Shown here: piece after piece, positions 35,810-46,174 of the stretch
Layout of the letters: the number at the start of each line of letters is the position of its first letter
Numbering within the stretch: the first letter of the stretch is position 1
Assembly (NCBI GenBank): GCA_020059045.1
Contig: JAGVCW010000021.1
Span: forward strand, 27,821-91,820
DNA: 64,000 nucleotides
DNA from: Minisyncoccota bacterium
GTDB lineage: Bacteria > Patescibacteriota > Minisyncoccia > Phycocordibacterales > Zambryskibacteraceae
Direction of reading: 5' to 3'
Notes under the pieces: generated by a model
Told to the model about the DNA's origin: nothing
Seen by the model: the letters and a program-made list of their open reading frames with translations, nothing else
Database searches by the model: none
Made by a program: the position numbers and the translations under genes

Positions 35810-36154
35810 TTATTTCACCTGTTCAAATATTCTTTTGAAAGTTTCTGGGTTACTTCCTGCTAATGTCGAAAGTATTTTTCTATCTATCAAAATATTTTTC
35901 TTCTTCATATTACCCATAAATTTACTGTAAGTACCTCCAAGTTCGCGAAGTGCGGCATTAATACGTACATTCCATAGGCGACGGAAATCACCCTTTTTGT
36001 CTCTTCGGTGAGCAAAGGCATAGCTTCCAGCATGAACAATCGCCTCGTTTGCCGCTCTCTCCTTCTTACTACGAGAAAAGCGATAGCCCTTTACTTGTTT
36101 AAGGATATTACGGCGTGTCTTTAATGCATTTACTCCCTTCTTTACTCTTGTCAT
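35810..36154 (-). CDS. rplT: 50S ribosomal protein L20
   Basis: MTRVKKGVNALKTRRNILKQVKGYR.., then AHRRDKKGDFRRLWNVRINAA. Confidence 0.95.
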   Translation of the reverse strand: MTRVKKGVNALKTRRNILKQVKGYRFSRSKKERAANEAIVHAGSYAFAHRRDKKGDFRRLWNVRINAALRELGGTYSKFMGNMKKKNILIDRKILSTLAGSNPETFKRIFEQVK

Positions 36155-36193
36155 TTGATTGATTTCTACTCGCTACTTATTACTTTCTACTAT

Positions 36194-36385
36194 TTATATA
36201 TTAACTAAATACCTGCTTCTTTCTTTGTTTGCCATTACGATTGAACCCTGGCGTTTCTTGCCAAGCTGACTGCGGCGACTTTCCTTGGCGTTGAAGTGAT
36301 TCTGGCCAGCCTTACGTGCTAAAACTTTGCCGCCCTTTGTGAGCTTCAATCTTTTCGAGTACGACTTATTGGTTTTCATTGCCAT
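36194..36385 (-). CDS. rpmI: 50S ribosomal protein L35
   Basis: 63-aa basic product (KTNKSYSKRLKLTKGGKVLARKAGQNH) between infC and rplT. Confidence 0.9.
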   Translation of the reverse strand: MAMKTNKSYSKRLKLTKGGKVLARKAGQNHFNAKESRRSQLGKKRQGSIVMANKERSRYLVNI

Positions 36386-36427
36386 AGGAAGCTAATCTTA
36401 ACTATTTTTGGAATATTGTCCAGCACG

Positions 36428-36474
36428 TACCCCACACTTACTTGGCAGTGAAACTGCCAAGTAAGTGTGGGGTA
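36428..36474. promoter_or_regulatory. Perfect 21-bp hairpin in the infC-rpmI spacer
   Basis: TACCCCACACTTACTTGGCAG, loop tgaaa, CTGCCAAGTAAGTGTGGGGTA. No U-tract on either strand. Confidence 0.6.
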
Positions 36475-36644
36475 ACTTAACATAATAATTATTTATATAA
36501 ATCTTTGGCCCTTTTGCAGATTTAAATATTTAGTACAGTTCCTGGTCTTATTAGTACGAATGTGCGAATAGCATTGAATTACCTATACTGATAAATCTTC
36601 ATCTAAAATTCAAAAAATAAAGACCACTTGGTTGTTTGCAGGTG

Positions 36645-37184
36645 CTAATTGCTTGTATTCTGCTTTCCTCCTTCGTTTGATTTCTCAACGAGGAGGGTAA
36701 GACCTTTAGGACTTTTCTGGGGAGGTTCAGCAATTTTATACTCTTCAGAAATGAGCTTAAGGATTCGCTCAAGTCGAGTGTTTAGAAAATTTCTATCTAG
36801 GTACTTCGCACGCCCGGGTAGGAATAGATCTATCTTAACTCTGTGACCTTCTCGGAGCCACTCTGATATCTTCTTAGCTTTGAGAGCAAGGTCATGTTCT
36901 CCAGTACCGAGCTTCACTTGGGCGCTCTTCACTTCCACACTATGACTCTTTGCTTTGCTTGCTTTAGCTTTTTTGTTTTCTAGATATTGGAATTTTCCAA
37001 AATCCATTATCTTTGCTACTGGAGGGGTAGCATTGGGAGAGATTTCTATTAGATCAAGTCCGTACTCCTTGGCTTTTACAAGGGCAGATGATAGTTCCAA
37101 TACACCTATATTTTCACCTTCTGGGCCTATTACTCGTACTTCTTTCGCTTTTATTTGATGATTAATTCGTGTTTGTGTACTCAA
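36645..37184 (-). CDS. infC: Translation initiation factor IF-3
   Basis: INHQIKAKEVRVIGPEGENIGV.. Apparent TTG start. Operon order is infC-rpmI-rplT. Confidence 0.93.
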   Translation of the reverse strand: MSTQTRINHQIKAKEVRVIGPEGENIGVLELSSALVKAKEYGLDLIEISPNATPPVAKIMDFGKFQYLENKKAKASKAKSHSVEVKSAQVKLGTGEHDLALKAKKISEWLREGHRVKIDLFLPGRAKYLDRNFLNTRLERILKLISEEYKIAEPPQKSPKGLTLLVEKSNEGGKQNTSN

Positions 37185-37243
37185 CAGGGTGTATGTTTAA
37201 TGTCGGTTAATACTAAATGATTATTCAATGCAGCTATAATATA

Positions 37244-37828
37244 CTAATTATTCTTTAATTCAAATGATCTCATAATGATGTCGAAATCGCGAACAATTTG
37301 ATCATTTGGGCCGAGGTAAGTGACACTCGACATAATAATATTCCCCTTGTGTGAGAAGACAATGGAGTTTCCCTCATATAGCCCAGACCACCTGTAGGCA
37401 TAACCGTCACGACTGCCAACTTTTGCTGTGAGTAGTATCCCGTCAGGTGATAATTTAAAGTTTGAGTTGCCATTGCCGCGTATCCAGCTCTCTCCAGTTT
37501 CGTTCTCTAAGTTTTGGAACACGTCGATAGTGATAGCGGTGGGCCCCTCACGTGCAGTTGTACTAGCCGTGCCTTCTCGTAGAGTCCGATTTTCTTCCGA
37601 ATCTTCTGTTAATACTAGTACAGTGTGCATTCGTTCAGAATTTCCTAAGTCCTTCTCTTCCAGAAAATAATTTTCGGGGTAATCAAATGAAAATCCAAAC
37701 AAAGATGAGTTGTACGTTTTAGTATTTACGTCTCCCGTGTTAGTCCCAAGGTTCTTTATTTGAAGTGTCCAAACAATAAGTCCAAGCACGACAATTATTA
37801 TCCCAGTTATTATAATTTTTTTAGTCAT
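37244..37828 (-). CDS. Membrane-anchored or secreted hypothetical protein
   Basis: N-terminal TM helix (KKIIITGIIIVVLGLIVW). No motif. Confidence 0.55.
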   Translation of the reverse strand: MTKKIIITGIIIVVLGLIVWTLQIKNLGTNTGDVNTKTYNSSLFGFSFDYPENYFLEEKDLGNSERMHTVLVLTEDSEENRTLREGTASTTAREGPTAITIDVFQNLENETGESWIRGNGNSNFKLSPDGILLTAKVGSRDGYAYRWSGLYEGNSIVFSHKGNIIMSSVTYLGPNDQIVRDFDIIMRSFELKNN

Positions 37829-37940
37829 ATAGGTATTATAGCAAAGAGGTGTTTTCTATGAGAAATATGCCTTATTTTTCAAAAAAAAAGACAAGAAACG
37901 TTAACCCACAGAAGAGAATCGGTTGTAATATAATTTATAT

Positions 37941-38204
37941 ATGGACGAATCATTCAAAAAGTTGCCGCCTGAAGATTGGGTTTCAGAAAAAACTCTTGCT
38001 CGAGAACTAAGACTTACCCCGGAAGTCATCAATCATGAGATAGGGTGGCAGATAGAGAAGATTTTAGAGGAAAGTAATGGAGAGGGGATAGAGTGGATAA
38101 ATAACCAGGAACGCTATTGGTCACCTGAAGCTGCCGAAAAAGTGAAAGCAGGTATTATTGTCCGCGTGCAGGCAATAAGTGCAACAGTAAACAAAAAACA
38201 CTAA
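37941..38204 (+). CDS. Small hypothetical protein
   Basis: ATG lies 8 nt after a TATAAT at 37928-37933, so the mRNA may be leaderless. Confidence 0.4.
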   Translation: MDESFKKLPPEDWVSEKTLARELRLTPEVINHEIGWQIEKILEESNGEGIEWINNQERYWSPEAAEKVKAGIIVRVQAISATVNKKH

Positions 38205-38239
38205 GTAAAACTAGTAGGGTATAAGTTTTCTAGCTAAAT

Positions 38240-38653
38240 TTAAAGCATAGAAACTATTATAATCCCAGAGATCATGAGAGTAACGATAGAGTAGAGTGCG
38301 TTTATCATAAAGAGTTTCATTGATTTCATGTCCCAGAGAACTGAACCGATGTGTATTGGTACCTGGAAGCCAAGCCATGCCCATAATGCAAGACTTAGTG
38401 CTCCCGCAATAGATGTCACTTCTTGGATAGCGATAAAGTGAGCAAGTATATAAGTAGAAATAAGTGCGAATATAAACATAAAGATGTAAGACTTCGCTAC
38501 ACCTTTAGTCTTCGCACCCGCCATCATCTCGTCTGTAATGCCAGATTCTCTTTGCCAAATTTTGCCAAACAGCGGTCCATACCAGAGGCCACCCACAATC
38601 ATGGAAGCTATTCCTCCCATAAGTACTGCCCAATAATTTATTGCAATTTCCAT
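38240..38653 (-). CDS. DUF1761-like membrane protein
   Basis: INYWAVLMGGIASMIVGGLWYGPLFGKIW resembles the DUF1761 N-terminus as I recall it. Confidence 0.5.
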   Translation of the reverse strand: MEIAINYWAVLMGGIASMIVGGLWYGPLFGKIWQRESGITDEMMAGAKTKGVAKSYIFMFIFALISTYILAHFIAIQEVTSIAGALSLALWAWLGFQVPIHIGSVLWDMKSMKLFMINALYSIVTLMISGIIIVSML

Positions 38654-38764
38654 AATAAATATTATTACTTTTTAATGTGTGTATTCTACCACTCTAAATG
38701 TTTTGGGGTATAACAAAAAACCGACCACGACTGATAGAAGTGGGAGGCTTTTTGTAAGGAGTAA

Positions 38765-39019
38765 TTATTCTTCTTCTGTAAACGATCCATCAAGTAGATC
38801 CTGGACATTCTTCAAAGCATCTGCACATGTATCCCTTCCTGCTTCAGTTGTCATATCACTACATGCTGGCCCCACTTTGGCTCGAAGGTCTGCAAGCTCA
38901 GTATTGAAGTCAGATACACTATCTGGCTTATTCAACTCCATAATGTAGAGAGCACCTACAATCACTAGCGCAATTGCTAGAACGTAGATCCATATGGTTT
39001 TTGTATCTTGTTGTGCCAT
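38765..39019 (-). CDS. Small membrane-anchored protein
   Basis: One TM helix (IWIYVLAIALVIVGALYI) followed by a Cys-containing tail. Confidence 0.45.
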   Translation of the reverse strand: MAQQDTKTIWIYVLAIALVIVGALYIMELNKPDSVSDFNTELADLRAKVGPACSDMTTEAGRDTCADALKNVQDLLDGSFTEEE

Positions 39020-39239
39020 ATTTGTTAGTTAATGTTATTACGACCTCATGGTTATTACTACACTATGGTGGTGAAGGCTTCATGAAGAGAGTACTACAAA
39101 AATAACAATTCTTCTCATATACAAAACTGCGAGTTTTGTCCGTTAGATTGATAAAGGTGGCAATAAAAACAAGTTTGTTATAGACTCGCTATGCAAGGCC
39201 TCGATCTTGCATAGAGCTCTTTAACCACAGGAATGGGCC

Positions 39240-39992
39240 ATGACCTCGGACAAGGCCGGAAGTTCGCGAACACGCAATCAGCTGGACTACGCTTTGGGCA
39301 AGAAGAGAATAAGCCTTAGAGGGCTTAAACCGAAAGAATTTGATGATTTTCTGGAAGCGGAACTATCGAAGATCAATCTTCGGGAGCTTCAAGGGTTTGA
39401 GCCTCTTGAGGAGTTGATTTCTCGAAGGCCGGGTAGTGTAATTTATGGTTCTCATGTTAGGCAGGATCCTTCAGAGACAGTAAGTGTAGCACCGGCAACT
39501 AAGTTCGAAGTAGCTAGTTCCGTTCCTCCACCGTTCAACTTGAAAACCCATGTAGTATGGGTTTCACAAGGAGTACTTAGTCAACTGGTTACCTGGCGCA
39601 GGTTTGAATCTCAGGAGGAGACTACTGATTGGAAGGTGGCTGACAACTGGAAAGGAGGTAGATATATTCAGAAAATGGAAGAGGAGATCCTTGTGCTTCG
39701 TTGTCCTGCAGATCACAGTGGGGCAGATGAAAACATTTTTATTGTCTGGTACGTTGCGGAGAAAGTTCCGCATGAGGATGAGATGGTTGTTAAAGTAGTA
39801 AGAGTGAAACTAGTGCCAATATCAAAGTTCCGAAAACAGTTCGGGAAAAAGTACCCATCTGTTGCTATAGAACTCATCTCAAGGATTGCGATGTTGTCTA
39901 GTATTACACTTGATGCACTTAAGAACAACGTTACTGTTTTTCAAAGGAGTGTGGTTGATATTCAAAGACTTTCTGATGCGCTCCTTCCGTAA
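39240..39992 (+). CDS. Hypothetical protein
   Basis: 250-codon ATG ORF. A 9-bp hairpin CTATGCAAG/CTTGCATAG lies in the leader and a terminator-like hairpin follows the stop. Confidence 0.5.
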   Translation: MTSDKAGSSRTRNQLDYALGKKRISLRGLKPKEFDDFLEAELSKINLRELQGFEPLEELISRRPGSVIYGSHVRQDPSETVSVAPATKFEVASSVPPPFNLKTHVVWVSQGVLSQLVTWRRFESQEETTDWKVADNWKGGRYIQKMEEEILVLRCPADHSGADENIFIVWYVAEKVPHEDEMVVKVVRVKLVPISKFRKQFGKKYPSVAIELISRIAMLSSITLDALKNNVTVFQRSVVDIQRLSDALLP

Positions 39993-40180
39993 AGCATGAG
40001 CATCGCTTACCTTTAAAAGGTGAGCTTTTTATTTGTCATATCTAATTTACTCTATTATTTTATTAACAATCATAATTCCTGCCAATCGGAGGCAATTATA
40101 ATGAGATAAATTTTCGTATCAAGGAAAATTTTGATCTTGTGTAAATGAAAAATCACACCAAGTTTTGTGTGATTATATGA

Positions 40181-40435
40181 TCAGTGTGGTCGGAAGTGGG
40201 AAATGTATAGAACACTACGATCCTTGAGTGCTTGGAGCTCTTTTTTCGTAAGTTTTCTTACAGTACCAGCACCAATTGCTGGGGTATGGCGTTGACCCTT
40301 TGACCTTTCTTCGCAATAAATGCCACTCACATTTCTATGTCGACGCAGTTTTCCATCTGCTCGTAATAGAATCATCCGCCAGCATTTTCGACATTCTCCG
40401 GCGTATGTAGACTGTGGTTTCTTTTTCTTCCCCAC
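40181..40435 (-). CDS. Small basic Cys-containing protein
   Basis: 84 codons. A CRKC pair is followed by a lone distal Cys, so it could be a zinc-ribbon-like fold. Confidence 0.4.
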   Translation of the reverse strand: MGKKKKPQSTYAGECRKCWRMILLRADGKLRRHRNVSGIYCEERSKGQRHTPAIGAGTVRKLTKKELQALKDRSVLYISHFRPH

Positions 40436-40696
40436 GTGGGTCTCCTTGTACAGTAAATTTCTGTACGAAGCTTAGTACATAGAATAAAAAAACACAACTT
40501 CAGTAAGTAAAACATAAAAAACAAAAGCGCCCGAAGGCGGTTAGATTTATTTGTGGCGCCACAGAGTACTGCGGCATCCTACAAAAATATAGTCACTATG
40601 TTTCTTTTTTTGTGGACTTAGTAAGCCGAAATTGGAACCAGCTCCACATGTATGGGCTTTCGAGGCGTCTGAGGCGATTTTAGGGAAGCAATGGCC

Positions 40697-41131
40697 TTAT
40701 AACCGTATCTGATACATTAGCATATTGTCTTCATCTGTATATACATATGAAAAACCAGCTTTTTCTAGAAGTTTTTTAGATATTTCGTTTTCCTTTTCAA
40801 TTCCGGCTTCCACAACTTTTACTTGTTTTACTTCGGGAAGTTTTAGGCCTTCTGTTAAGAGCTCATAACCGAAACCCTTACCTCTCAATTCTGGTGCGAT
40901 AAAGAACGCGACGTATCCTATTTCAGGAGTGTCTATTTCAAAGTCTAGAAAACCAATTGGGTTCTCATCGTTTGAGACTATGAATAAATATCTCTTTTTA
41001 AAATCTATAAGATGTTTATAATCGTCCGTAGATCTATAGGTGGGTAAAAATCTCATCCCAATAGAATCATTTTCAAACCACTTCTTGATGAGTTCTCGGT
41101 CTTTTTCCTTAAATTTTCTGAAATTGATCAT
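40697..41131 (-). CDS. GNAT-family N-acetyltransferase
   Basis: GFLDFEI..VAFFIAPELRGKGFGYELL is the acetyl-CoA motif A context. Start is ATG 41131 or TTG 41155. Confidence 0.7.
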   Translation of the reverse strand: MINFRKFKEKDRELIKKWFENDSIGMRFLPTYRSTDDYKHLIDFKKRYLFIVSNDENPIGFLDFEIDTPEIGYVAFFIAPELRGKGFGYELLTEGLKLPEVKQVKVVEAGIEKENEISKKLLEKAGFSYVYTDEDNMLMYQIRL

Positions 41132-41243
41132 GTCTCTATCATAGAGCAAAAGCACCCTGAGGGTGTTTTTGCTATTTCGCTCCCAGGTGGTTTACCACGA
41201 GCGAGCCTTCGACCTGGCTCAGGCCAGGGCGAAGCGAGTCGAG

Positions 41244-41678
41244 TGGAGATGGGCGGAATCGAACCGCCGTGCAATAGAAGAGATGAAAGATTTCTACAAG
41301 AGGTAGTTTGTTTCAATCTGCCTGTTGGCAGATATTTAGACTCTGTAAGTATGGAACAAACAAAATCTTACAAAGTCGAGCTTCTACATTTCGGAAACAA
41401 GCAAAGCAATTTGTTTCCAGAGTCTCAAGTTATTACGCGAGCAACTTGTTATGAGACATCACAAGTGCTAACGTCGCTTAGGCCGACCCAGACACCGAAG
41501 TGTCGGGTTAAGAGGCGTAAACGAAAGCGAAATCCTTAGCTCCAAAATATGGAGAAACTAGAGACCCAGCTTTTGCGACAATGCTGTTTGCAATTATCGG
41601 TTGTGGCGGATTTAAGAGTCACCACAGCTCTCCCTTGCATCTATCAAATGAATTCTACTGTCTAGGCCGATCATCCCC
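41244..41678 (-). ncRNA. ssrA: tmRNA
   Basis: 5' GGGGAUGAUCGGCCUAGACAG and 3' GGCGGUUCGAUUCCGCCCAUCUCCA. The acceptor stem GGGGAUG/CAUCUCC has the G3:U identity pair. smpB lies 350 nt away. Confidence 0.85.
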
Positions 41679-41746
41679 TAAATCATCTTGACTACAAGAT
41701 GATCGGGCGAACAATTTGCGGAGCAAAATTGTTTTAGCCCCACAAA

Positions 41747-42019
41747 CTAATTGTTACGCCCTATTTTGTCTAAATATTTCTTTAGTATTTTCTTTTTTTC
41801 TCTTGCTGACCACAATGTCTTAAGAAAACGCTCCCTTTGGAATGCATCTGACTTGTCTAAGTATTTTTCTTGGTGAATAACAACAAGAGGTCTGCGCGAT
41901 CTAGTAGAAAGTACTTTTCCACTATTGTGCGCTTGAATTCTTTTTTGTATATTCTTCGTGCATCCAACATAGAGCCCACTGTCTTTGGTACTAAGCAATA
42001 TGTATACAAAATAGTGCAT
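41747..42019 (-). CDS. GIY-YIG nuclease-superfamily small protein
   Basis: YFVYILLSTKDSGLYVGCTKNIQKRIQAHN is the GIY..YVG..R..H pattern. Confidence 0.75.
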   Translation of the reverse strand: MHYFVYILLSTKDSGLYVGCTKNIQKRIQAHNSGKVLSTRSRRPLVVIHQEKYLDKSDAFQRERFLKTLWSAREKKKILKKYLDKIGRNN

Positions 42020-42023
42020 AAGC

Positions 42024-42467
42024 CTATTTATATTTCAAAGTTCTTCTCATCTCTCTCTCGGTCTCTCTTTTCTTTATACTCTGACGTTTGTCCCGTGTTT
42101 TCTTACCACGGGCTATGCCGATTGCTACCTTGATTTTTCTTCCTTTATTATACACCGAAAGTGGTACTACTGTCAAACCTCTTTGCCTCTCAGAATCCAT
42201 AATAGTTTTAATCTCAGCTTTGGTTAGCAGGAGCTTGCGGTTTCTTCTCGAATCATAACCTTTTGGGGTGTTCGCAGCCTGATAGGGAGGAATATCTGAG
42301 CCCACGAGGAATGCTTCATTACCTCGTGCGATTACGTGCGATCCGTCGAGTGACCCACGTTTCATGCGCAAAGCTTTAACTTCAAATCCAAGCAGCTCTA
42401 TACCCGCCTCGATTTTCTCGAGTATTTCGTAGTTAAACCCTACCTTTTTGTTCTCAACTAGTGACAT
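42024..42467 (-). CDS. smpB: SsrA-binding protein
   Basis: NKKVGFNYEILEKIEAGIELLGFEVKALR core. Confidence 0.93.
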   Translation of the reverse strand: MSLVENKKVGFNYEILEKIEAGIELLGFEVKALRMKRGSLDGSHVIARGNEAFLVGSDIPPYQAANTPKGYDSRRNRKLLLTKAEIKTIMDSERQRGLTVVPLSVYNKGRKIKVAIGIARGKKTRDKRQSIKKRETEREMRRTLKYK

Positions 42468-42609
42468 ATGTGAATAATATCAGATTTATTCTACTCTATT
42501 GGTCTAACACTCTAAGCTCCACACTTTGCGCTCTGTGTCATTTTAATTGACACTTCATCATAAATACAATATTGTTTGGGTAGAACTCACAACAGGAGAC
42601 GAGTATAAG

Positions 42610-42873
42610 ATGTTACGTCGTCAGTGTCATGCCGCACCAAAGAGAAGTATGGTGCCGCTCTGTCGGAAGGAAACAGTTGAGCAGACACAGATCCAAATTG
42701 GTGAGTTATGGGCAGAACCTCATGAAAAAGATTTGGTTGATTGTCCCGAGTGTGTAGCACTTATCGATAAGTATCTTCTGGGGCAAAAGGAGATACGTAT
42801 GAGAAAAGAAGTTAATACAAAGAATGATCGCAGGTCCAAGTACTTGCTCAACGATCTTTCAAACGTAGCGTGA
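42610..42873 (+). CDS. Small Cys-containing hypothetical protein
   Basis: ATG 42610 follows AGGAG. Two lone Cys residues and a distal CPEC pair. A terminator-like hairpin follows. Confidence 0.4.
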   Translation: MLRRQCHAAPKRSMVPLCRKETVEQTQIQIGELWAEPHEKDLVDCPECVALIDKYLLGQKEIRMRKEVNTKNDRRSKYLLNDLSNVA

Positions 42874-42960
42874 TCCCGGGGAATCGGGGTCATTTTTTAT
42901 TTATAATTTTCATAGCAAAATAAGTATATTTGTGTATAATTGCTCTCTAATATTAGCCAT

Positions 42961-44892
42961 ATGGCAACACAGAATCCTAAAAACAAAAAGCAGTTCAAGG
43001 TGGTAATGAAGAAGGACTGGAAGAGCCCGGGAAGCAGTTCTATGTGGAAGAACTTTCTGTCAGTCGTTCTCATTTTTTTAATTATTTCTACAATTTATTC
43101 AGCGTTAACTGAAGGCAGTCAAGAGGCACTTCAGATTCCCATTTCAGAATTAGCTCGCGATGTGAACCAAGAGCTTGTTCTAAAAGTAGTGGTTGAAGGT
43201 GATGAGGTGAAAGCAGAATACAAGTCAGGAGAGATAAAGGATACTAAGAAGGAAGAGGGTATCGCACTCACTGAGACACTCGTAAGATATGGTGTAACGC
43301 CAGAGAAGCTTCTGGGTCTCAATATTGAAATAGTAAAGGAGAGTGGTTTCATGTTTTGGCTTTTGAATCTTTTGCCGATAATTCTGCCAATTCTCTTCAT
43401 TGTTTTTTTCATTTGGTATTTATCTCGCCAGGTCAAGGGTGCTGGGATGCAAGCATTTACATTCGGCCAATCCAAGGCTCGTCTCATACCGCCAAACGAC
43501 AAGAAACAGAAAGTAACTTTCAAGGATGTTGCCGGGGTCAAGGAAGCAAAGCAAGAGCTCACCGAGATCGTAGATTTTCTTCGAAATCCTAAAAAGTTTT
43601 TAGACATTGGAGCACAGATTCCAAAAGGAGTACTGCTCATGGGTGCCCCAGGAACAGGTAAAACTTTGCTTGCTCGAGCTGTAGCGGGAGAAGCAAACGT
43701 GGCTTTCTTTTCTATATCTGGTTCTGAGTTCGTAGAAATGTTTGTAGGAGTTGGAGCTTCGCGTGTACGTGACCTTTTTCAGCTTGCCAAGCGTGCAGCA
43801 CCCGCGATTATTTTCGTTGATGAGATAGATGCTGTAGGACGAGTGCGAGGAGTGGGTGCGGGTGGTGGTAATGATGAAAGGGAACAGACTTTGAACCAGA
43901 TTCTAGTTGAGATGGACGGTTTCGAGCCAAATGAGAAAGTTATTGTGATGGCAGCGACCAATAGACCGGACGTTCTAGACCCTGCACTCCTGCGTCCTGG
44001 CCGATTCGACAGGCGCGTTGTTATAGATCTGCCAGACCGAGCAGAAAGAGAAGAGATTCTCCATATTCACTCACGGCAAAAACCTTTTGGTGAAGACGTA
44101 AAATTGAATGTAATAGCTGAGAGAACACCAGGATTTTCTGGTGCAGACCTCTATTCACTTATGAATGAGGGTGCGATACTTGCTGCACGTGAAGATAGAA
44201 CGAAGATTTCTCAGTTTGATCTGATTCGCTCTATTGAGAAGGTGATCCTTGGCCCGGAGCGAAAGAGCCATATCTTGTCTCTCAAAGAGAAAGAGATCAC
44301 CGCGTATCACGAAGCCGGTCATGCACTTGTCTCATCAGTTCTTGATTATGCCGACCCAGTGCACAAAATTTCAATAATTTCTCGTGGCAGAGCTGCTGGC
44401 TACACTCTCAACTTGCCAATAGAAGATCGCAAGCTTCAGTCTAAGAAAGAGTTTCTAGATGATATAGCTATGGCTCTCGGTGGCTATGTTGCTGAGCGTA
44501 CTGTCTTTGGTGATCTTACTACTGGTCCATCCAATGATCTCCAGGTTTCCACGGGCCTTGCACGTGATATGGTGACCAAGTATGGAATGTCTGAAAAGAT
44601 TGGCCCCATAGCTCTAGAGGAGCCAACAGGCAGGGTGCTCTTTGGTAAAGGTCTTGAAGATAGGGAATACTCCGAGAAGGTAGGTGCAGAGATTGACGGA
44701 GAAGTCTCAAAAATTATGAAGGAAGCCCTAGAGCGCGCAGAGAAGGTGATTGGTGAGTACAGAAAAGCACTCGATGCTATTGCCAAGCGACTGATAGAAG
44801 TAGAAACTATAGAGAGGGACGAGTTCGAGCTTATTTTAATCGCTCATGGCATTACTCCCAAGAAGAAAAAAGATATAGAACATCAAGTTTAA
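42961..44892 (+). CDS. ftsH: ATP-dependent zinc metalloprotease FtsH
   Basis: Walker A GAPGTGKT, the SRH region, and HEAGHAL zinc motif. I set the start to ATG 42961. Confidence 0.96.
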   Translation: MATQNPKNKKQFKVVMKKDWKSPGSSSMWKNFLSVVLIFLIISTIYSALTEGSQEALQIPISELARDVNQELVLKVVVEGDEVKAEYKSGEIKDTKKEEGIALTETLVRYGVTPEKLLGLNIEIVKESGFMFWLLNLLPIILPILFIVFFIWYLSRQVKGAGMQAFTFGQSKARLIPPNDKKQKVTFKDVAGVKEAKQELTEIVDFLRNPKKFLDIGAQIPKGVLLMGAPGTGKTLLARAVAGEANVAFFSISGSEFVEMFVGVGASRVRDLFQLAKRAAPAIIFVDEIDAVGRVRGVGAGGGNDEREQTLNQILVEMDGFEPNEKVIVMAATNRPDVLDPALLRPGRFDRRVVIDLPDRAEREEILHIHSRQKPFGEDVKLNVIAERTPGFSGADLYSLMNEGAILAAREDRTKISQFDLIRSIEKVILGPERKSHILSLKEKEITAYHEAGHALVSSVLDYADPVHKISIISRGRAAGYTLNLPIEDRKLQSKKEFLDDIAMALGGYVAERTVFGDLTTGPSNDLQVSTGLARDMVTKYGMSEKIGPIALEEPTGRVLFGKGLEDREYSEKVGAEIDGEVSKIMKEALERAEKVIGEYRKALDAIAKRLIEVETIERDEFELILIAHGITPKKKKDIEHQV

Positions 44893-44898
44893 ATTTTT

Positions 44899-45756
44899 AT
44901 GAGATCATTTGAAGCGGAAAGCTTACATAATGCAGATATAGATAGGTTTTACCAGAAAGCTACAGAAAGGTTAGCAGCGGGAGGTTTTAAAGAAGAAGAA
45001 TTTATCGATCCGTATGGGGAGCAAACAGTGGGGGCAGACTTAATTGAAGTTAAGAAAAGAGAAGCGGTACATAATCGCACAAGAGACGAACAGACAGAAG
45101 AGCAGAAAAAAGTCGCAGATATATTTGAAGCAATTGTACTTGAGGTTGGAGAACTCAACGAATGGTGGGGCAGCAATGCCTTCATTTTGCAAACCTCTAA
45201 GTATGATGATTATGTTAATGGAGTTGATGCGGTAATTGAATTTAGAGTTGAAGATCCTAAATCTGCCTCGTACTTAGGTCTTGCAACTGACGTCACGTTT
45301 TCTGGAGATACAGGAGACAAATTTTTAAGAATTTTCAGCCAGATTGACAGTGGAAATCTTACAAAAGTTAAATATTTCCACTCTAAGCATATGGGCATAC
45401 ACGGGCCGCTAAGTGACTTGCCCAAGGTGATAATTGGTGCGCATAGAGAAACTGTTCTTGAGGTTGCAGAAAAATGGATTGCAGGGAAATACAATGCTCT
45501 AGCAAGACACAAACTCCAAATAATGATTCTTCTGCAAACAGTTGAGCAGCTAAGAGTATTTCGAAATTATGCAAAAAAAATAGGCAAAGAAGATCTTGTA
45601 CGGATTTATTCAGAACGAATTACTGTAGTGGAGAGAATTCTGGAAGAAAAGAAAGATATTTATAATCAAGTAAAAAGTGATTTAAATGATGATAATGTTC
45701 ATTACTCAATTATGGATTTCCTGAAAAGGAAACAAAGGGAGATAGACCAAATGTAA
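44899..45756 (+). CDS. Hypothetical protein
   Basis: 285-codon ORF starting 6 nt after ftsH. No motif. Confidence 0.55.
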   Translation: MRSFEAESLHNADIDRFYQKATERLAAGGFKEEEFIDPYGEQTVGADLIEVKKREAVHNRTRDEQTEEQKKVADIFEAIVLEVGELNEWWGSNAFILQTSKYDDYVNGVDAVIEFRVEDPKSASYLGLATDVTFSGDTGDKFLRIFSQIDSGNLTKVKYFHSKHMGIHGPLSDLPKVIIGAHRETVLEVAEKWIAGKYNALARHKLQIMILLQTVEQLRVFRNYAKKIGKEDLVRIYSERITVVERILEEKKDIYNQVKSDLNDDNVHYSIMDFLKRKQREIDQM

Positions 45757-45839
45757 TAATTTTGGCAGCTTGGGCTAGGTGCTTGTCATTCGCATCAATG
45801 TTGCTATTCTGTACTTAGAATCGAGCCCTCGAGGTGCAA

Positions 45840-46013
45840 ATGGACGTAACTCTCTTGCTCGAGTATTGGAAGCTTATGGAAAGAGAGAAAGAGCTTGCCG
45901 ATATGGGGCAAGCAGAGTCAAAAATAAATGTTCGTAAAGAGCAAATACAAAAAGCTCTTGTGTCTACTCATGAAGAGATTGTAGAGAAAATTGAAGAACT
46001 GCATGTATCCTAG
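45840..46013 (+). CDS. Small helical ORF (57 aa), below the ORF-track cutoff
   Basis: ATG follows GAGGTG. The product is MDVTLLLEYWKLMEREKELADMG... A terminator-like hairpin and T-run follow. Confidence 0.35.
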   Translation: MDVTLLLEYWKLMEREKELADMGQAESKINVRKEQIQKALVSTHEEIVEKIEELHVS

Positions 46014-46174
46014 CTACGTACTCGCACAACCCAAGGTGTGAGTTTTTGTTTCAATTTTTATACATCTTAACCCACCCCGCATAATTTATTACCCTATTCG
46101 TACGAATAAGACCAGTAGATTTTGTTTTATATATAGAAGGAATTAGCAAGGAATCATTGCTTTAATTTTCCGTT

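Noticed and set aside
41243-41539. 98-aa plus-strand ORF.
   Set aside because: It lies entirely antisense to the tmRNA gene, whose 5' and 3' tRNA-like ends are unambiguous.
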